Positions 61,018 through 64,000 of a stretch of DNA of 64,000 nt are shown piece after piece. The DNA is from an uncultured delta proteobacterium (GTDB taxonomy: Bacteria > Desulfobacterota > WTBG01 > CAIYCZ01 > CAIRTM01), in NCBI GenBank assembly GCA_963804955.1, contig CAWDSQ010000013.1, positions 64,001-128,000 of the forward strand, in the 5' to 3' direction. Position 1 is the stretch's first letter. Each line of letters opens with the position of its first letter. A program made the translations under genes and the position numbers. The notes beneath the pieces are model-generated. The model saw only the letters and a list, made by a program, of their open reading frames with translations. It did no database searches and had not been told where the DNA came from.

Positions 61018-61302
61018 TTAGTGCCTGAACGAAAAGTCATTTTTTTGCAGGTTGTCGATTTTGCTGTGGCCGTAGGGGTGGGTTGCGTCGGCCGGACGGT
61101 CTGATACGGAAACGGAAAACCAGGTCATGGCCGCGGCCATGAGATCAAGTCCGGAATGGGCCGCTTCCGACAGTATGCCCAGGCTGCCTGTCCAGAGCCC
61201 TACTGCAAGCTTCATACCCGTGAGCAGCAGAGCGGCAAACACAGAAGCCCGCGCAATGCTGATCTTTTCTTTAAAATGCGCCTGAGCTGTAGCTGCATCC
61301 AT
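61018..61302 (-). pseudogene. Truncated cation diffusion facilitator transporter
   Basis: GSLGILSEAAHSGLD and PADATHPYGHSKIDNL, then an abrupt end after about 85 codons. Confidence 0.8.
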
Positions 61303-61435
61303 GAGTATGGTTCACGTGCAAAGAGGTGAAATCGCAAACGGGGATACCTGCCTCATACAAGCGCGCCCGGCCGGTCAGCGGCTTCTGCCATTCTTTTTGC
61401 CGGCCACCTCCTGGCGCAGCCGTTCGACTTCTGCC

Positions 61436-62851
61436 TCAAGCAGGGCATTTTTCTGGCGCAGGCGGCTGTAATCCTGACGCAAGACGCCCCTTGACATCAT
61501 CAAAGTACGTGCAGCGGTTGCGGCCGTCTTCCTTGCTGACATACAGGGCCTGGTCAGCCCGGTCGATAGCGTCCATCACGGCATTCATGCTGGTTTCAAA
61601 CTCGGCGATGCCGGCTGAAATCGTTATGTGATGCTCCAGGTCCGCAATCGTGAAGGGCGTCGTTTCAATCCGTTTGCGCAGGTTCTCCATGGAGTCTATA
61701 ACGTCCTGCTTTTCATGACCGTAAAAAACCGCGCAGAACTCCTCGCCGCCGTAGCGGTAGGCATACGGAACGCCGTCGCGGATAAGCAGGGCAGCCTGCT
61801 TGAGCACCTCGTCGCCAGCGGGATGCCCGTGGGTGTCATTGAATATTTTGAATTTGTCGATATCGATCATCGCCACAAACAGCTTTTTCTGCCCTGTTTT
61901 AAACTGTTTGAAAAGGCGGCCCATCTGCTCATTAAGCTTGCGCTTGTTGTAGAGCTGCGTGAGGTCGTCGGTATAGACCTTCATGGCATGAAGCCGGTTG
62001 TGATTTGCCTCGATGATGCGGGCGGCCACCGGCGTGATGAAGGCAACATCCTGTATCCAGCGCTCCCTGTCGAAATCATCCTTTATCTGGCGGCATATGC
62101 GGTAGTGGCCGATCTGCCTGCCCTCAACCATAAGCGGCATTTCATAGATTGTTTCCTGAACCTCCTGAAATGTCGGCGAATTGACTGCTTCGGGAAGATC
62201 GGGGGCGTCTTCCTGCTGCTTGTTATAGGTAAAAACCTTGCCGTCGGTTTTAAGCTCATTGGTCAGAAACCGGTCATCGTCAAAAAGAAAGACGTCGAAC
62301 TGCTTGGCGCCGAGAAAGCCTATAATCCTGCGGATTCCATCCTCGAAAGGCTCAAGCATAATATCCACGAGCATCTGGCTGCGCAGCATCCGCTGCTCGT
62401 ACATCTCCACTTCCTGCACATGGGCTATCTGCGACTCGACCATCTCCTGCTGTACATGCTGCAGACGGCAGACCTCGTACAGTGTCTCCTCCGCCTCTTT
62501 GAGGGCATGCCGGTAGAGCTCGAGAAAAATAGCCAGCTTTTTATATACCTGCTGAATCCGATCGCGGTTTTTAAAGACAAGGGCGCCAAGTTTGCCGGGA
62601 TCAAGCAGCTCGATGATCTCTTCTCCGAGCATCTCCCTGATACGGGGAAAATATTTCTGCGGTATGGAACGCATACAGTCGAGGGAGACCTTATCTTCAA
62701 TTTTGCGCAAATGAGCCTGAAAGCCGCTGGCGATGGCAGGGTCCGGCTTCATCGAGGCAGACCTTTGCTCGATCTCCTTGAGTATACCCTCGACTATTGA
62801 CCGGGCAGTGTCCTTTTTTCTATTCATGATCTGCGGCATATGCCTCTGCAC
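61436..62851 (-). CDS. Cytoplasmic diguanylate cyclase (helical N-terminus, GAF-like region, GGDEF domain)
   Basis: TDDLTQLYN, DIDKFKIFNDTHGHPAGD, RYGGEEF, ADQALY..GRN. Confidence 0.92.
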   Translation of the reverse strand: MQRHMPQIMNRKKDTARSIVEGILKEIEQRSASMKPDPAIASGFQAHLRKIEDKVSLDCMRSIPQKYFPRIREMLGEEIIELLDPGKLGALVFKNRDRIQQVYKKLAIFLELYRHALKEAEETLYEVCRLQHVQQEMVESQIAHVQEVEMYEQRMLRSQMLVDIMLEPFEDGIRRIIGFLGAKQFDVFLFDDDRFLTNELKTDGKVFTYNKQQEDAPDLPEAVNSPTFQEVQETIYEMPLMVEGRQIGHYRICRQIKDDFDRERWIQDVAFITPVAARIIEANHNRLHAMKVYTDDLTQLYNKRKLNEQMGRLFKQFKTGQKKLFVAMIDIDKFKIFNDTHGHPAGDEVLKQAALLIRDGVPYAYRYGGEEFCAVFYGHEKQDVIDSMENLRKRIETTPFTIADLEHHITISAGIAEFETSMNAVMDAIDRADQALYVSKEDGRNRCTYFDDVKGRLASGLQPPAPEKCPA

Positions 62852-63103
62852 AGGCTGTTATATGTGGTGTAAACACACGAATTGAATCACGCCCCCATGT
62901 AGTGCGTCCCCTGTATAACCTAACAAGATATCCCGGCATTGTAAAGAAAGAGTTTTTTATTCATGACTCGCAGACCTGCCCGCAGGCGCCGCTTTCGATA
63001 AAAAAGCTTGAAAGGCGCCTTTGAAAAGTATAAAAATTGAAAGCGGCTCGACAGGAAGCAGCACAAGCCCTTTCATCCATCATAAACAGAGGATACATAG
63101 CTT

Positions 63104-64000
63104 ATGAGCAAAATGTCCTTTTTTCTCTGCTTCTTTGCCTGCGGCGCTCTGCTGCCCATGCTGCCTGCAGGAACTGCCTGTGCACAGCAGGCACATGGCC
63201 CCGTGTCACCGCAATCCTTTACGCTCCAGATCATGACCCTTCTTGACCGGTTCAGTGCAGATACGGAGCTGCAGAAAATCCGCAGGCGCGGCTTTAGCGC
63301 CTATATTTCCGAATACACGACAGAGTCCGGTAAAACAATCTACAAAATCCGAAGCGGGAAATACGCCAACCGGTCTTCGGCTGTCGCGGCAGCAAAAGAG
63401 TATCAGGCAAAAGAGGGCGTTGCCGTCATGGTTGTGACGGCCAGCGACGATGCCCCTGCCGGCAAAGCGCAATCCGCACAGAAAGAGGCTGTGCCGGACT
63501 CGTCAGAGAAGAAAAAAACAGCAGGTGAAAAGAATGTACGCATAACGGTGCAGGATGCGGAAAAAACCTCCCGCCCGACCAGCCTGCAGGAAAAAGTTGC
63601 CGCCCTCGAGCGGGGCCGCATGCCGGCGCAGGATAAAAAGCCTGACACACAGGAGCCCGTCGACGTCGTCTGGTTCACCCTGCAGACAAGCACGGAGCCG
63701 GACAAACAATCGGCTGAGCGCAGAATCAATCAATTGGGCCGCAAGGGATATGAGGCGTACTTCGTAGAAACGCCTCTGGACAGCGGTAAAACGCAGTATA
63801 AAATACGCATCGGCAAATACGGATCCCCTGAGGAAGCCGGGCAGGCTGCGCAAAAGTTCAATGACCGGGAGCGCAGGGGCTGCATGGTCGTAAAAATCGC
63901 CCCGACAGGTTCCGTTGAATCAGAACAGCCTTCCCCGGCAGGCAGGTTTGCGGCAGATGAGCAGCAGCAGAACGAGCCTGATGACATTGATGCTGAAGCC
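63104..64000 (+). CDS. Secreted multi-SPOR-domain protein, frameshifted and running off the window (absent from the ORF track)
   Basis: MSKMSFFLCF signal; hand translation gives YKIRSGKYANRSSA and WFTLQTS..LGRKGYEAY..YKIRIGKYGSPEEA. Confidence 0.75.
   Translation, partial: MSKMSFFLCFFACGALLPMLPAGTACAQQAHGPVSPQSFTLQIMTLLDRFSADTELQKIRRRGFSAYISEYTTESGKTIYKIRSGKYANRSSAVAAAKEYQAKEGVAVMVVTASDDAPAGKAQSAQKEAVPDSSEKKKTAGEKNVRITVQDAEKTSRPTSLQEKVAALERGRMPAQDKKPDTQEPVDVVWFTLQTSTEPDKQSAERRINQLGRKGYEAYFVETPLDSGKTQYKIRIGKYGSPEEAGQAAQKFNDRERRGCMVVKIAPTGSVESEQPSPAGRFAADEQQQNEPDDIDAEA

Noticed and set aside
61628..62800. Long antisense ORFs (61628-62800, 43066-44034, 23509-24549, 9930-10658, 18412-19281)
   Set aside because: They shadow well-supported genes on the opposite strand and have no recognisable motifs.

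Overview
Chromosomal window from an anaerobic Gram-negative bacterium, inferred to be Deltaproteobacteria/Desulfobacterota from gene order and content. Left to right: the kdsB-kdsA-kdsD-kdsC-lptC-lptA-lptB-rpoN envelope operon (rpoN cut by the window edge); an accessory stretch with a flavoprotein, a SnoaL protein, a metallophosphoesterase, a secreted redoxin-multiheme cytochrome c fusion, a small atypical ferredoxin and a TRL-like lipoprotein; a Tat-lipoprotein FeS subunit plus an aldehyde:ferredoxin oxidoreductase; pdxA and hisBHAFIE; a ~19 kb minus-strand chemosensory and signalling cluster; glnS; a nucleotide-sugar dehydrogenase; a selenocysteine formate dehydrogenase operon behind a candidate Moco/Wco-type riboswitch; a hybrid histidine kinase; an isolated hypE; an ECF sigma/anti-sigma/Spy-like operon; a truncated CDF transporter; a GGDEF protein; and a SPOR protein. 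The chemosensory cluster holds a CheA with two Hpt domains, heme-c and CZB chemoreceptors, an OprB porin, two stand-alone MshEN-like repeat proteins, a sigma54 activator, a MoaD-like protein and a partner-switching module. Intergenic regions carry several short non-autonomous palindromic elements, some nested in the hairpin loops of others; one has its empty-site counterpart in the window. Many genes, including housekeeping ones, carry frameshifts. Those I reconstructed are mostly single-base insertions, best read as sequencing or assembly errors. All family assignments are motif recognition by eye; no searches were run.
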